A stretch of DNA of 64,000 nucleotides, from positions 47,974-111,973 of IMG/VR virus record IMGVR_UViG_3300046787_000099; one strand, given 5' to 3'. This document shows, piece by piece, positions 39,249 through 50,872 of the stretch. Positions within the stretch are counted from its first letter, which is position 1; each line of letters starts with the position of its first letter. The DNA is from a virus. Under the pieces are notes generated by a model. It was given only the letters and a program-made list of their open reading frames with translations. It ran no database searches and had not been told where the DNA came from. Position numbers and translations under genes: made by a program.

Positions 39249-40310
39249 ATGAGTTTTCAAGATTTGAGTAAAGCAGTCCAGGATGGACTAGATGGTAGAA
39301 ACAATGGAATCCCCATGGGATTTGATAGACTGAACAGATACATTGGTATCCGTAAGTCTATGTACACATTGGTGGGTGGCTTAACTGGTTCAGGTAAGAC
39401 TTCATTCATTGATGATGCATACGTGCTTAATCCATTTGATTGGTATATCAACGGAGATACTAATGGTATCAAGTTGAAGATCATATATCGATCAATGGAG
39501 AGGAGTAGAACGTATAAACTAGCAAAGTGGGTAAGTAGAAAGATATTCCTAGACAGTGGATATCTTATACCTGTATCTAGATTGCTAGGATGGACTGAGA
39601 AGATGACCAAAGATGAGCATGATTTGTTTCTAATGCAGGAAGAGTATGTAGGCATGATGAAAGAAACTATTACAATCATTGATGGTGCTGTAAATCCAGT
39701 GGGTGTTGCAAAAGACCTAAAGACTCATGCATTAGCTAATGGTGAGATTGTAGAGATTGATGAGTTTACTAAAAAGTATATACCAAACAATGATAATGAG
39801 ATAACTATTGTAGTTATCGATCACATTGGTTTATTGAAGCTCACAAAGGATCAACCTACCAAGAAGCAAGCAATTGATAAGATGAGTGATGAACTAAGAT
39901 ATGCCAGAGATTTCTATGGCTATTCACCAGTTGTTGTGAGTCAGTTCAATCGTGACATCTCTAATCCTTCTCGTTTGAAGAATGGTGACGTAGAGCCACA
40001 GTTAGAGGATTTTGCAGACAGTTCAAGCACACAGAACGATGCTGATGTTGTATTAGCACTATTTGATCCTATGAGATATAAGGTTGAAGATCCTAGTGGT
40101 TATCAACTAGAGAAGCTCAAGGATGATTATGGTGCAAAGTATTTCAGAAGCTTAAGATTAATCAAGAATAGCTTTGGAGAAGATGATGTTAGAATTGGTC
40201 TAGGCTTCTTAGGTCAGATAGGTATGTTCAAGGAACTACCAAGACTTAAGAACATGGATGATAGCATCTATCAATCTATTGTTAACAAAACATTCTTCTT
40301 AGAACAATGA
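39249..40310 (+). CDS. DnaB-like (SF4) replicative helicase
   Basis: GGLTGSGKT, SME, VIDHIGL, SQFNR, QNDADVV, KNSFG. Confidence 0.88.
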   Translation: MSFQDLSKAVQDGLDGRNNGIPMGFDRLNRYIGIRKSMYTLVGGLTGSGKTSFIDDAYVLNPFDWYINGDTNGIKLKIIYRSMERSRTYKLAKWVSRKIFLDSGYLIPVSRLLGWTEKMTKDEHDLFLMQEEYVGMMKETITIIDGAVNPVGVAKDLKTHALANGEIVEIDEFTKKYIPNNDNEITIVVIDHIGLLKLTKDQPTKKQAIDKMSDELRYARDFYGYSPVVVSQFNRDISNPSRLKNGDVEPQLEDFADSSSTQNDADVVLALFDPMRYKVEDPSGYQLEKLKDDYGAKYFRSLRLIKNSFGEDDVRIGLGFLGQIGMFKELPRLKNMDDSIYQSIVNKTFFLEQ

Positions 40311-40542
40311 AAAAACTAAGTGAAGCTAATAAGTTCGTATCAAGATTCTTTTACTCTCTACCACACAATGGTTATCAGACAGAAGGTTTGTTATCTATTG
40401 ACAGAAGATGGCAAGATGCTAAGATTGTAGCAGACATAGCAATCGATGTGTTACAAGACAAAGCATCTATATGGTGTGATGAAGAAATAGCAACAATAGA
40501 AATCATCAGACTAGAACAATTAAGAAAACAGATAAAGGAACT

Positions 40543-41640
40543 ATGAGTTTAAGAGACCAAAGACAGAAAGAGTTTGCTGATATATGGCTAAACAATGGTC
40601 GTGATGGAATCCTGAACTTATGTCCCAGGTTTGGAAAGATCTACACTACTATCAACATCTTAGAGAAATTAAAGAAGGATATCAAAGTATTGATAGCCTA
40701 TCCAGATGCTAAGATTAAAGACAGTTGGGAGGAAGATTTTGAAACAAGAGGATATAAGAATCCTAACATAACTTACACAACACATCTGTCCTTACACAAG
40801 CACACAGAAGCTCGATATGACATGTTAATCATTGATGAGATACATTTGCTTAGTGATGCACAAATGGACGCATGTAAGGAAGTTATGAGGCATACTAAAG
40901 AAGTGCTAGGATTAACAGGTACGCTGTCCTCTTGGACAGAATCAGAGCTAGATCAAAGGTTACACTTACCGGTGATTGCACATTATCCTATTGAGCAAGC
41001 TATTGAAGAAGGAGTTATTGTAGACTACCAGATCACAGTGCTTAAAGTTCCTTTGGATAACAAGGTGATTATACCAATCAAAGGTAAAGCTAGAACTGAG
41101 AAGAAGCACTATGATGCTACTAGTTGGGTAATTGAGAAGCTTGACAAGGAAGGTAAGAACACAATGATGCTAAGACTGAAGAGAATGAGACTTATTCAGA
41201 ACAGTATAGCAAAGCTTGCTCTTACCAAGCAGTTGTTACAGAAGTATAAGGATGAACGTATCCTTGTGTTCTGTGGTACAACAGAGATGGCTGATAGCCT
41301 AGGCATACACTCACATCACAGTAAGTCACTTGATAAAGACATATTCAAGAGGTTTGCAGAGGGTGAGGGTAAACACATGGCTGTGGTGAAGATTGGAAAT
41401 ACTGGTGTAACATACAAACCATTGAACAAGGTGGTACTGAATTACTTTGATAGTAATGCAGAGAACCTAGCTCAGAAGGTGAACAGATGTATGGCTATGG
41501 AGTACAACAATCCTGATAAGAAAGCTGACATTTATATCATTTCAACGGATGAACCTGTAGAGGAAAAATGGCTCAATAAAGCACTAGAGTTCTTTGATAA
41601 AGAGAAGATTAGGGTTGTAAATGTTGCCAGAAATTCGTAA
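40543..41640 (+). CDS. SF2 DExH helicase
   Basis: LRDQRQ, PRFGK, IIDEIH, LTGT. Confidence 0.8.
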   Translation: MSLRDQRQKEFADIWLNNGRDGILNLCPRFGKIYTTINILEKLKKDIKVLIAYPDAKIKDSWEEDFETRGYKNPNITYTTHLSLHKHTEARYDMLIIDEIHLLSDAQMDACKEVMRHTKEVLGLTGTLSSWTESELDQRLHLPVIAHYPIEQAIEEGVIVDYQITVLKVPLDNKVIIPIKGKARTEKKHYDATSWVIEKLDKEGKNTMMLRLKRMRLIQNSIAKLALTKQLLQKYKDERILVFCGTTEMADSLGIHSHHSKSLDKDIFKRFAEGEGKHMAVVKIGNTGVTYKPLNKVVLNYFDSNAENLAQKVNRCMAMEYNNPDKKADIYIISTDEPVEEKWLNKALEFFDKEKIRVVNVARNS

Positions 41641-41673
41641 CTTTAAGTAAATAAATAACTAAATAATATAAAC

Positions 41674-42345
41674 ATGGCAAGCAAATTAATCGGGATTGTG
41701 GGCTCAACTGGTACAGGTAAATCTACCTCTATCAAGCACCTAGATCCAAAGGAAACCTACATCATTAACGTAGCAAAGAAAGAGTTACCATTCAAAGGAG
41801 CAGACAAATTGTACAATGCTGAGAACAAGAACTACAAGGAGATTGATGATGCAAATGAGATCACTCGTTTGTTAAAGACTATCTCTGAGAAAGCTCCTCA
41901 CATTAAGAACATTGTGATTGAGGATTCAAACTACATCATGGGCTTTAACATTGTAGCTAAAGCAACTGAGGTTGGCTTCACTAAGTTTTCTATCATGGCA
42001 AGAGACATGGTTGAATTATTCAGAGAAGCTCGTAAATTGCGTGACGATTTGAAGGTGTTCTACTTTACACACCCAGAGACTATTGAAGAATCAGGTGAGG
42101 TGGTAGGATACAAGATCAAGACAGCAGGTAAATTGATCGATAATCAAATTGTATTAGAGGGTTTATTGACTATCTGTCTCTACACTTATGTGGATGAGAA
42201 CAAAGATGGTACATCTACCTATAACTTCGTAACCAATAGGTTTAAGAAGTACCCTGCTAAGAGTCCTGATGGTATGTTTGCAGACATCAAGATTCCTAAC
42301 AACTTACAAGAAGTAGCAAACAAAATAGACGAGTATTATAACTAA
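41674..42345 (+). CDS. AAA_24/Sak4-like ATPase
   Basis: GSTGTGKST, IVIEDS, AKSPDGMF; adjacent to the SSB. Confidence 0.8.
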   Translation: MASKLIGIVGSTGTGKSTSIKHLDPKETYIINVAKKELPFKGADKLYNAENKNYKEIDDANEITRLLKTISEKAPHIKNIVIEDSNYIMGFNIVAKATEVGFTKFSIMARDMVELFREARKLRDDLKVFYFTHPETIEESGEVVGYKIKTAGKLIDNQIVLEGLLTICLYTYVDENKDGTSTYNFVTNRFKKYPAKSPDGMFADIKIPNNLQEVANKIDEYYN

Positions 42346-42374
42346 TTTTTAACAACAAATAAAACAGAGAAATC

Positions 42375-43244
42375 ATGGCAGTAGGAGGAAACGTAAGAGA
42401 AAATCAAGGTACAACAACCGAGTTCAAGAAAAAGGTAGGTTACTTTGAAGCAGAGGTGGTTGCAATCAACCCAACATTAGAAGAGTATAAAGATCTTCTT
42501 GGTATTGAATTGAAGGAGGACAGCAAAGCAACTGAGTATTTATCAGTGAGCAGTGATGGTACATCTAAGGTACGTGTAGACGTATGGTTACAAGATGTAA
42601 AGGGAGGAGATAAGTTCAAGGTGGTATTCTTCTTGGAAGATGCTAAGAAGCAAAACAAAGACAAGACTAAGAAGCAGTATATCAACAACATTGGTATCAC
42701 TTCTTGGGCAGCTGATGAAGAGAACTTACCAACATGGTTTGTTAAACGTGACTATCGTGTAGCATACACAGGTGAGGCAGAGTTAATGGAGTTCTTCCGT
42801 AACTGGTTATCAGGTATTGATTTCATGGCTGACAGTGCTGAGCTTATGTTAGAGTGGAGGAAAGCTATTGCTGGAAACTTCAAGGAGTGGAAAGATGAGA
42901 TTGGTGGTAAATACACTAGAACAGTGGGTGTACTAGCAACAGTTAAGACTGTAGAAAAAGAAGATGGACCTGTGTCTTATCAATCTATCTACAGCAAAGC
43001 ATTCTTCCCAGGCTATGCCATCAAGCAGATGCGTCAAGTTGATTTCAATAACCAAGATGTTATTCGTCAATTGAAGTTCAAGCCTAGCAAAGAACTTAAG
43101 CCTTACGAACGTTTTGTTCTTAATGTAGTAGGTGAGTATGGATGTAAGGAGTATTATACATTCAAAGACTTACATGAATATGATCCAGCTACTAACCTAG
43201 TTGAATCAGATGCTTTCATCTCAGATGATGGAGGAGACTTTTAG
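42375..43244 (+). CDS. Putative single-stranded DNA-binding protein
   Basis: VVAINP motif, acidic C-terminus DDGGDF; between ATPase and primase as in crAss-like phages. Confidence 0.6.
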   Translation: MAVGGNVRENQGTTTEFKKKVGYFEAEVVAINPTLEEYKDLLGIELKEDSKATEYLSVSSDGTSKVRVDVWLQDVKGGDKFKVVFFLEDAKKQNKDKTKKQYINNIGITSWAADEENLPTWFVKRDYRVAYTGEAELMEFFRNWLSGIDFMADSAELMLEWRKAIAGNFKEWKDEIGGKYTRTVGVLATVKTVEKEDGPVSYQSIYSKAFFPGYAIKQMRQVDFNNQDVIRQLKFKPSKELKPYERFVLNVVGEYGCKEYYTFKDLHEYDPATNLVESDAFISDDGGDF

Positions 43245-43271
43245 TATTTCGTATTTCATTTTAATATCAGC

Positions 43272-43306
43272 AGAGCCCATCCTATCTTAGTTTGGGCTCT
43301 CTTTTT
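43272..43306 (+). terminator. Rho-independent terminator
   Basis: AGAGCCCA/TGGGCTCT then CTTTTT. Confidence 0.7.
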
Positions 43307-43323
43307 CTTAAACCAACAACAAT

Positions 43324-44337
43324 ATGCCAATTAACGGAAGAATGAAGCTTATGCCTATCAATGCAGACAGCATATTGCAAAAGGTTAGTGAGTATGACAT
43401 ATTCAGGTATTACATGCCAAACAGTGATTGGAAGCCCAACCTTGTTACTTTCTCTCCATTTAGGAATGAGAAGACACCATCATTTATGATTGGTAACAAA
43501 CATGGTAGACTAACATTCATTGATTTTGGTGATACTAGTAAGAGAGGATCATGTTTTGACTTTGTTAGAATGATGTTCAACATCCCAGATTATCAGGATG
43601 CACTGAAGATGATTGACAGAGATTTTGGACTAGGACTCACTAGAGAAACTAATACCCAAGACTATAAGAAGATTGTCACTGAGTATAAACAACCAGTGAG
43701 AATGTCTAAAACTTACTCTAAAATCCAAGTTATTACTAAAAAGTTTACCAAGGAAGAATTAGCTTATTGGGCTCAGTATCAGATAGATATAGAGGACCTA
43801 AAGGCTAACAATGTCTACAGTTTGTCTAAAGTATATCTAAATAAGGAATTATTTCCTTCAAGTTTAGACGAACTTAGATTTGGTTATCTCTATGGTGATA
43901 AGTGGAAGATCTATCGACCTTATGCTAAGGATAAGCGTAGCAAATGGGTACCAAACAATGTACCTATAACAGCAATGGATGGTAAAGAAAACATCAAAGA
44001 GTGTGATGTAGCATTTATCAACAAGTCAAAGAAGGATTACATGGTGATGAAGAAACTATTCCCGTGCAGTTGTGCTGTACAGAATGAGGGCTTAGGTTGT
44101 TTCTCTCCTGAGAATGTTGAATATATCAAGAGCAACTCTGCTAGTCAGATTCTCAGTTTCGATAGTGACATCACAGGTGTAGAGAACTCACAACAAATCA
44201 CACAGTTATTCGGATTTGATTACTGTAATGTTCCCAGGAAGTATTTATCTGAGGGCATTAAAGATTGGGCAGACCTTGCTAGAGTGCATGGTTTGAAAGC
44301 AATTGAAGAGTATTTATTAGAAAAACAATTAATATAA
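43324..44337 (+). CDS. DNA primase (DnaG-like, Cys-less zinc-finger remnant plus TOPRIM)
   Basis: SPFRNEKTPSF, FIDFG, KSKKD, FDSD, KDWAD. Confidence 0.8.
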   Translation: MPINGRMKLMPINADSILQKVSEYDIFRYYMPNSDWKPNLVTFSPFRNEKTPSFMIGNKHGRLTFIDFGDTSKRGSCFDFVRMMFNIPDYQDALKMIDRDFGLGLTRETNTQDYKKIVTEYKQPVRMSKTYSKIQVITKKFTKEELAYWAQYQIDIEDLKANNVYSLSKVYLNKELFPSSLDELRFGYLYGDKWKIYRPYAKDKRSKWVPNNVPITAMDGKENIKECDVAFINKSKKDYMVMKKLFPCSCAVQNEGLGCFSPENVEYIKSNSASQILSFDSDITGVENSQQITQLFGFDYCNVPRKYLSEGIKDWADLARVHGLKAIEEYLLEKQLI

Positions 44338-44349
44338 ACAATCAAAATT

Positions 44350-44712
44350 ATGGGACGTTATTATTCAGGAGACATCGAAGGCAAGTTCTGGTTCGGTGTG
44401 CAAAGCTCATTAGTAGCAAGTGAAAGATTTGGATGCACTGAAAGTGATCCAAGCTATGTAGATTATTATGTAGAAGAGGATCGATTACCTAAAATCAACG
44501 AGGAACTAAAGAACATTGAAGACAAGATGGGAGACCAATTTGGCAAGTATCAAGAGTTCTTTGGTAGAGTAATGGGTTACAATGATCAAATGATGATAGA
44601 TGCAGGACTAGATATCAAGTTTCTAGAGGACTATGCAGATCATGGATTTGGTGTAAAATTAAGAGATTGTATCATCGAGCAAGGTTATTGCTCATTCACA
44701 GCAGAATTATGA
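44350..44712 (+). CDS. Hypothetical protein
   Basis: MGRYYSGDIEGKFWFGVQSS N-terminus. Confidence 0.65.
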   Translation: MGRYYSGDIEGKFWFGVQSSLVASERFGCTESDPSYVDYYVEEDRLPKINEELKNIEDKMGDQFGKYQEFFGRVMGYNDQMMIDAGLDIKFLEDYADHGFGVKLRDCIIEQGYCSFTAEL

Positions 44713-45138
44713 TAGTTAAGAAACCAGAAGATTTAGAAAGGTATTGGAACCGCAAAGCACAATTTGTGCTACAAGGTAAAACAATTGAAAAGGTGTTTTA
44801 CATGAGTGAAACAGAAGCTGATGAATGGGGATGGGGTAGCAGACCAATTGTTATGGTATTAAGTGATGGTACAGAACTTATTGTATCAGCAGATGATGAA
44901 GGTAACGATGGTGGATCATTGTTCTATGCAAACAAAGAAGAATTAGATGGAGTTTTACCAACACTATAATGGATCCAGAATTAAGAGCAGCAGTATTAGA
45001 GGATCTTGTGTATCAGATACAACAAGAGACTGAGTGGTTATCAACCACAGAAGGAGATGAGATTGAATGCATAGGTATTGAGAACTTAGAAGGTATTATT
45101 AGAAACGTTTTTGGAATTACATTAAACATATCACAATC

Positions 45139-45999
45139 ATGAAAAGACCAGAGTATAACACAACAAGAGAAGGATTATTACGTGCTGATATCCCAGCACA
45201 AACACGTACTTACAAGCCTGTATCTCACGAGCAGATGATGGATGTCACACTAGAGGGTATACACAGATCAGGATTCAAATTGGATCAAGAGATGTATCTA
45301 TCATCTAATGACCACCAGATTGCAACAGGTAGATATACTATCAGCAACGTAGCAGATAGTGAGATGCAGTTACAGATTGGTTGGCAGAATAGCTACAACA
45401 AGCAAGTGAGCTTGAAGTTTGCTATTGGTGTACACATTATGATTTGCTCTAATGGTTGCGTGTCAGGTGACATGGGTACATTCAAACGTAAGCACACAGG
45501 TGATGTACAAGAGTATACACCACAATCTATCATGGAGTATATCAAGACAGCAGGTGATAGCTTCAGACAGATTCAATCTGAACGTGAGGCTATGAAGAAC
45601 ATCGAGCTATCTAAGAGACAGAAAGGTGAATTGATCGGACGTATGATTGTAGAAGAAGGATTTATCAGCTCTAGTGAGTTGAATATCATTCGTAAGGAAA
45701 TACAAAAGCCTACACACGATTACAATGCACAAGACTCTCTATGGGAATTGTATCAGTATACAACATTTGCAATGAAAGAAACACATCCAGCTAATTGGAT
45801 GACTGATCACATATCAGCACACTCTTTCTTTGTAGGTGTGAATGGTGAGTTAGTAACAAACTCAGGAGTAGTTGTTCCAGATGATTTGTTCTTTCAACAA
45901 GACTTTAGCTCACAGTTACGTCACAATGGTGATCAAATGACAGCACATTCGAATCTAACAGGAATTAGAACGTTCAACAATTACGATTTAGTATTATGA
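45139..45999 (+). CDS. DUF932-like protein
   Basis: YKPVSH, NSYN, ICSNG, RKHT, SLWELYQ. Confidence 0.7.
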   Translation: MKRPEYNTTREGLLRADIPAQTRTYKPVSHEQMMDVTLEGIHRSGFKLDQEMYLSSNDHQIATGRYTISNVADSEMQLQIGWQNSYNKQVSLKFAIGVHIMICSNGCVSGDMGTFKRKHTGDVQEYTPQSIMEYIKTAGDSFRQIQSEREAMKNIELSKRQKGELIGRMIVEEGFISSSELNIIRKEIQKPTHDYNAQDSLWELYQYTTFAMKETHPANWMTDHISAHSFFVGVNGELVTNSGVVVPDDLFFQQDFSSQLRHNGDQMTAHSNLTGIRTFNNYDLVL

Positions 46000-46715
46000 T
46001 TTGGGAAAAGTTTGCAGATTTCTTTCACGAGAGTTGGCATGAGAAGATGAAACCTTTCATTGAAAGTGAAGAGTGTGACAAGATATATGCATTCTTAAAG
46101 TCAGAGAGTAAGAGGGGCAAGAGAATTGCTCCTCTCTCTCACAATGTCTTTAGATGCTTTAAAGAAACACCACTCAATGAAGTGAAGGTTATTATTGTAG
46201 GTATGTGTCCTTATCACACATTCACCTATGAAGGAGCTCCTGTAGCTGATGGACTTGTAATGGGCTGTTCTGTAACAGGAAAGCTACAACCAACACTAGA
46301 GCAGTTCTATGGAGGTATAGAGAAAGAGTTGTACAATGGACTATGTATAGCTTGTGAGAAACCAGCAGACGTAAGTTATCTGGCTCACCAAGGTGTATTG
46401 ATGTTCAACGCAGCCCTTACTACAGAGATGAACAAAGCAGGCTCTCATTTAGAACTATGGGAACCATTTGTGAAGTATCTGTTTGAAGAAGTGTTTGCTT
46501 ATTCAGGCATCCCTTTGATATTCTTAGGTAAAGAAGCTTACAAGACACGTAAGTATCTAACAGGATTTGATTGGTCTTTCCCAGTCAGCCATCCAGCATC
46601 AGCTTCTTACAAGAATACAGAATGGGATACAGAAGGAGTGTTCACACAGGTTAATACAATTATCAAACAAAACAATGGATTTGAGATCAATTGGTTAAAC
46701 AAGACAGAGATATGA
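45996..46715 (+). CDS. Uracil-DNA glycosylase family 1-like, variant active site
   Basis: VFRCF..TPLNEVKVIIVGMCPYH, QGVLMFNAALT, SHPA. Confidence 0.8.
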   Translation: MIWEKFADFFHESWHEKMKPFIESEECDKIYAFLKSESKRGKRIAPLSHNVFRCFKETPLNEVKVIIVGMCPYHTFTYEGAPVADGLVMGCSVTGKLQPTLEQFYGGIEKELYNGLCIACEKPADVSYLAHQGVLMFNAALTTEMNKAGSHLELWEPFVKYLFEEVFAYSGIPLIFLGKEAYKTRKYLTGFDWSFPVSHPASASYKNTEWDTEGVFTQVNTIIKQNNGFEINWLNKTEI

Positions 46716-47883
46716 ACGTAACAGTAAATATTCTAGAATTAGCTAGTGAACTAGCACAAGCAGACTTAGAATTGCACATGAAGTTTGGTGCAATGTATAA
46801 AGATGATGGATCAGTAATGACTTACACAGATGAGGCACAAGATGAGTTTAATGAATTGTATGATAAATACTATTCAATTATAGAATCATGCCAAATCACA
46901 GACAACTAATATTATGACACATTTTTTGCATAAGAATACAGCTCTAAGACAAGAGTGTATTCAATCTATTGAAGATTCATTAAAGACAATGGAAAACCAG
47001 CAGTGCTGCTTAATTGATCCAGCACTTGATCCTGAAGAAGATGATATCTATTGGGATTTACCACTAGTAGTACACTTTGGTAAATGGGAGTATGGTGTAG
47101 AGTATGCTATTACTAATGTTAGACTAGAGAACGAAAGCGTGTGGTTTAATGGTCACACTCCTGAAACTGGTGATGAGTACAGTTTTGCTCCAAGTGAGTT
47201 AGACATGTGGGCATTGTCTCAAGTAGCAGATACATTAATAGAACTTAAAAACAAGTAAGATGAAAGAATTTGATTATTACATGGAAGAAAAAGCAAGTGT
47301 TTGGTATAGAACATTCTTTACCATCAAAGCTGAAACAGAAGAAGAAGCAAGAGAGAAAGCAAAGAAGTTTGTATTACGTGGAGATCATCATGATTACTCA
47401 TGGCATGAAATGGACGATACAGTAGAGCTATTACCTGTACATCAGAACTGTGATCAACCAACAGCAGAGTTACGTGAACAAACTACTGGAGATATAATTT
47501 GGGACAATGGAGGCAGCCACAATGAATAAATACCACATCAAATCCTTTCATGATATAGCTGAAGACTCTTACCAATATGGTATGGGTAAGATGGTAAACT
47601 ATTATGAAATGGAAAGTATCATTGAAGCAGATGAAGCACTTGATGCTCTTGAGCAATATGGTAAGAAAATATTGTTCTATGATTACGATGGATATGAAAT
47701 CAATACAGACAATGATGTCCTATCTTATGATGTTCTAGTAAATGAGCACTATGAAGAAGCAACAGCTGATGAAATCACATGTTGGAAAGATGGTAGGTTA
47801 AAGTTGTATAATGATCATATTACATTCCAGATTAGCTTAATGCAACCAATTACAAACCTAAAATAAAGTTGTATATTTACAAC

Positions 47884-48303
47884 ATGGCAACACGCATACA
47901 AAAGAAAATACCCGTAAAGAAGTCTAGAGTAGCAAAGACTCGTAACAATGGAACAATGAGTGAAGCAGCCTTCTGGTCATTTATCAGAAGTGCTCTTCGT
48001 CAGAAGTCTAGATGGTGGAAGCCAATAGCTGAATGCAAGGCTAGAGCAAAGCGTCCTTACAAGGGACCTTTGAAGAGGCAGAAGTTTGAATACCAATGTA
48101 ATCAATGTAAGGAATGGTATCCTGAGAAGAAGATTAATGTTGACCACATCAATCCAGCAGGAAGCTTGAACAATGGATCAGATCTAGCAGGTTTCATTGA
48201 GAGATTGTTTTGTGAAATAGACAACCTACAAACACTTTGTATCAACTGTCATGACAGAAAGACTAAAGCAGAAAAAGATGTCGGAAAAACAAGTAGAAGT
48301 TAG
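47884..48303 (+). CDS. HNH endonuclease
   Basis: CNQC...NVDHI...NLQTLCINCHDRKT. Confidence 0.8.
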   Translation: MATRIQKKIPVKKSRVAKTRNNGTMSEAAFWSFIRSALRQKSRWWKPIAECKARAKRPYKGPLKRQKFEYQCNQCKEWYPEKKINVDHINPAGSLNNGSDLAGFIERLFCEIDNLQTLCINCHDRKTKAEKDVGKTSRS

Positions 48304-48536
48304 TATTGAGAGAAAGCCTTCCATTGTGGAGGTTTGGTATGAGGGTGCTGTGACATACGATGGAGAAGAACATAAGTTCTGGCTCATCGATCCACAAACA
48401 CCAGATCCAGCAGGAAACGTGTATGAGATTGAGGTGAGATGGTTCTTTAAGAGAGTTCCTATGGAGATTAGAAGAATGAATGATCAAATCATTCAGCAGT
48501 ATTTAGAGATGCGTAGTGAATCAAAAGCAAAAAACG

Positions 48537-49622
48537 ATGATTAAAGGAGAAGTTAAAACAGAAGCACAGTATAGAGCTATCGTAATGGATAGCTCTTCTA
48601 GTCTAAAGGAGTTTTCCTTAGACAGAAAGAAGTATCACCGAAAGTATATACTGGGTGAGAAGATTGAAGACTCAGAGAACCAAGCAGCATTGATGGGTAG
48701 ATTAGTAGAAACAATACTAATGGAACCATATTTGTTTGATGATAAGTTCTTCATGTCCGTATGCCAAGGACCACCAACAGGATTGATGTTGGAGTTTGTT
48801 GAAGCATTGTATAGACATACAAAGGAAGCAACAGATGAGTTTGGTGAGGTGAGTAGAAGCTTTGAGGAGATATCCAGAGATGCTTATACAGACTCAGGAT
48901 TCAAGATTAAATATGAGGCTGTGATGACCAAGTTTATGGGATCAGAAGCTGAAGTGTTCTATCAAGAGATTCGTGAGGTGAGAGCCAAAGGACTTAGTGT
49001 TGTTACAACTAAAGATGTTACACACGCTGAGCGTATTGTAGAAGAGTTAAGAAACAACTCTGTAACTGCACACATTGTTAATACAACTAACAGTGCACGT
49101 TATCAGGTGTTCAACCAGTTCCAGATTGAGGGTTATGATGTATTAAATCATCAGTTCAAGAGTATGATGGATAAGATCATCGTAGATCATGAAACAAAGA
49201 TTATTACAATCTATGACTTAAAATGTACATGGAATGTTGAAAATTTCTACGAAGAGTATTATCTTAAGAGAAGAAGTTATATTCAAGCATTATTATACTA
49301 TGCAGCTATCTACAAGAATACAGATGTTCTAGGATTTGATGCAAGCGATTACCACGTAGAGCCACCTAAGTTCATTGTGTGTGACTCTACCAACTATTAC
49401 AATCCTTTACTATATACATTGGATTGGGAAGACTTGAAAGATGCACGTAATGGTTTTACACACAAGGGTAGAGAGTATCCAGGTGTAGATAAAATCATTC
49501 AAGATCTTAAGTGGGCAATTGAGAATGATGTATGGAATATATCCAGAACAAATTCTATTAACAACGGAGTAGTATCCATTAAAACATGTAAAGTAGATGA
49601 GCGTAAAGAAGACAATCACTAG
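48537..49622 (+). CDS. PD-(D/E)XK exonuclease (RecE/Cas4-like)
   Basis: SSSSLK, KSMMDKI, YDLKCT, YIQALLY. Confidence 0.75.
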   Translation: MIKGEVKTEAQYRAIVMDSSSSLKEFSLDRKKYHRKYILGEKIEDSENQAALMGRLVETILMEPYLFDDKFFMSVCQGPPTGLMLEFVEALYRHTKEATDEFGEVSRSFEEISRDAYTDSGFKIKYEAVMTKFMGSEAEVFYQEIREVRAKGLSVVTTKDVTHAERIVEELRNNSVTAHIVNTTNSARYQVFNQFQIEGYDVLNHQFKSMMDKIIVDHETKIITIYDLKCTWNVENFYEEYYLKRRSYIQALLYYAAIYKNTDVLGFDASDYHVEPPKFIVCDSTNYYNPLLYTLDWEDLKDARNGFTHKGREYPGVDKIIQDLKWAIENDVWNISRTNSINNGVVSIKTCKVDERKEDNH

Positions 49623-50154
49623 TATATTCATGGTTCCTACACTCAAGATCAATAGAGAGAAGCTTATTGAGAATGGATATATCAATGGTTATATGTCTGA
49701 TTCAAGGAGAGATGTGCAGCATAGAAATGCTGTATATCTTCTCTTTAAACCAGAGAACCTAGATAAGTTCAGAGAGTTTCTTGATAATGAGTATGAGAGA
49801 ACTACATACATACTAGATGATTATGATTATGAGGATGGATATGTTGTAGTGGTATATCAACTTAATCCTATGTGGAAGGAAGACTTTATGCTAGTCAGAG
49901 AGGGAATGTATTCTCGCACCTCTGAAGAGTTCCAGAAAGACTTTGCCAAAGTGATTAAGATTGTAAAGAATGGACTACACAGAGATGAGATAAGTCTTCA
50001 GTATAGAATATTCAAGAAGACAGAAGATCTCAAACAGTATTGGGAAGACAGACTAGATATTGTCTTTACAGATGATATGGAAGTGTGGGATGGATTTGAT
50101 TCCACTAGAGAAACATTAGATTTAGACACAGTTAAACAAGAACAATTAGCATGA
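49597..50154 (+). CDS. Hypothetical protein
   Basis: 185 aa ORF overlapping the nuclease gene. Confidence 0.6.
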   Translation: MSVKKTITSIFMVPTLKINREKLIENGYINGYMSDSRRDVQHRNAVYLLFKPENLDKFREFLDNEYERTTYILDDYDYEDGYVVVVYQLNPMWKEDFMLVREGMYSRTSEEFQKDFAKVIKIVKNGLHRDEISLQYRIFKKTEDLKQYWEDRLDIVFTDDMEVWDGFDSTRETLDLDTVKQEQLA

Positions 50155-50535
50155 ATGCACTAGAATTATTACAGGAGAACCCTGATGCAGCAAAGATCAT
50201 CAAAGACTATTATGTTGATCTTATGCTCAATTCATTAGATGAAAGTTTACTACCAGAAAACTTTAAGGATTTCCTTAGAGAGCAGGGAATAGATGATGAG
50301 AAGGTAGCACAAATGATGGAAGTTAATCCTCGCAACGTATACGATGTACTAGATGATAATGGTTTTATCATCAGCATGAATTGGGATATGGCTTTCAACA
50401 AGTTCTCCTATCACATCAATGATGGTCAGTACAATAAACATTATGACACTCGTAAAGAGGCAGAGAATGCAGCAGTAGCTGTTGCTATTCGTAGATTACA
50501 AGACAAGATCAATCCACAACCAAGTGCAGAATTAC

Positions 50536-50790
50536 ATGAAGACTGATAAGATTGTAGTAGAAGTAGTTGATAAGTTTCAACAACGTAGCCAGGTAGGTAT
50601 TCGTAAATACAATACCACACTAGAAGAGAATAATCATGACAATTTCTTTGTTCATTTACAGGAAGAACTGATGGATGCCACCCTGTATTTGCAGAAGTTA
50701 TTGAGTCTAAACATAGAACTAACCAAGTTAGTTAATGAGACTCCTAACAATGCAGAACTAGGTGAGAAAATAAGAAAGTTAGTTAGATAG
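50536..50790 (+). CDS. Small all-alpha NTP pyrophosphohydrolase-like protein
   Basis: RSQVGIRKYNTTL...HLQEELMDATLY (EExxD). Confidence 0.5.
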   Translation: MKTDKIVVEVVDKFQQRSQVGIRKYNTTLEENNHDNFFVHLQEELMDATLYLQKLLSLNIELTKLVNETPNNAELGEKIRKLVR

Positions 50791-50872
50791 AATTTTCTAA
50801 ATCATTTGTTTATAAGGGTATGCCTTGGTAATTTGCAAACCCTTTCTTTTAAAATTTAAACAACAAAAACAT

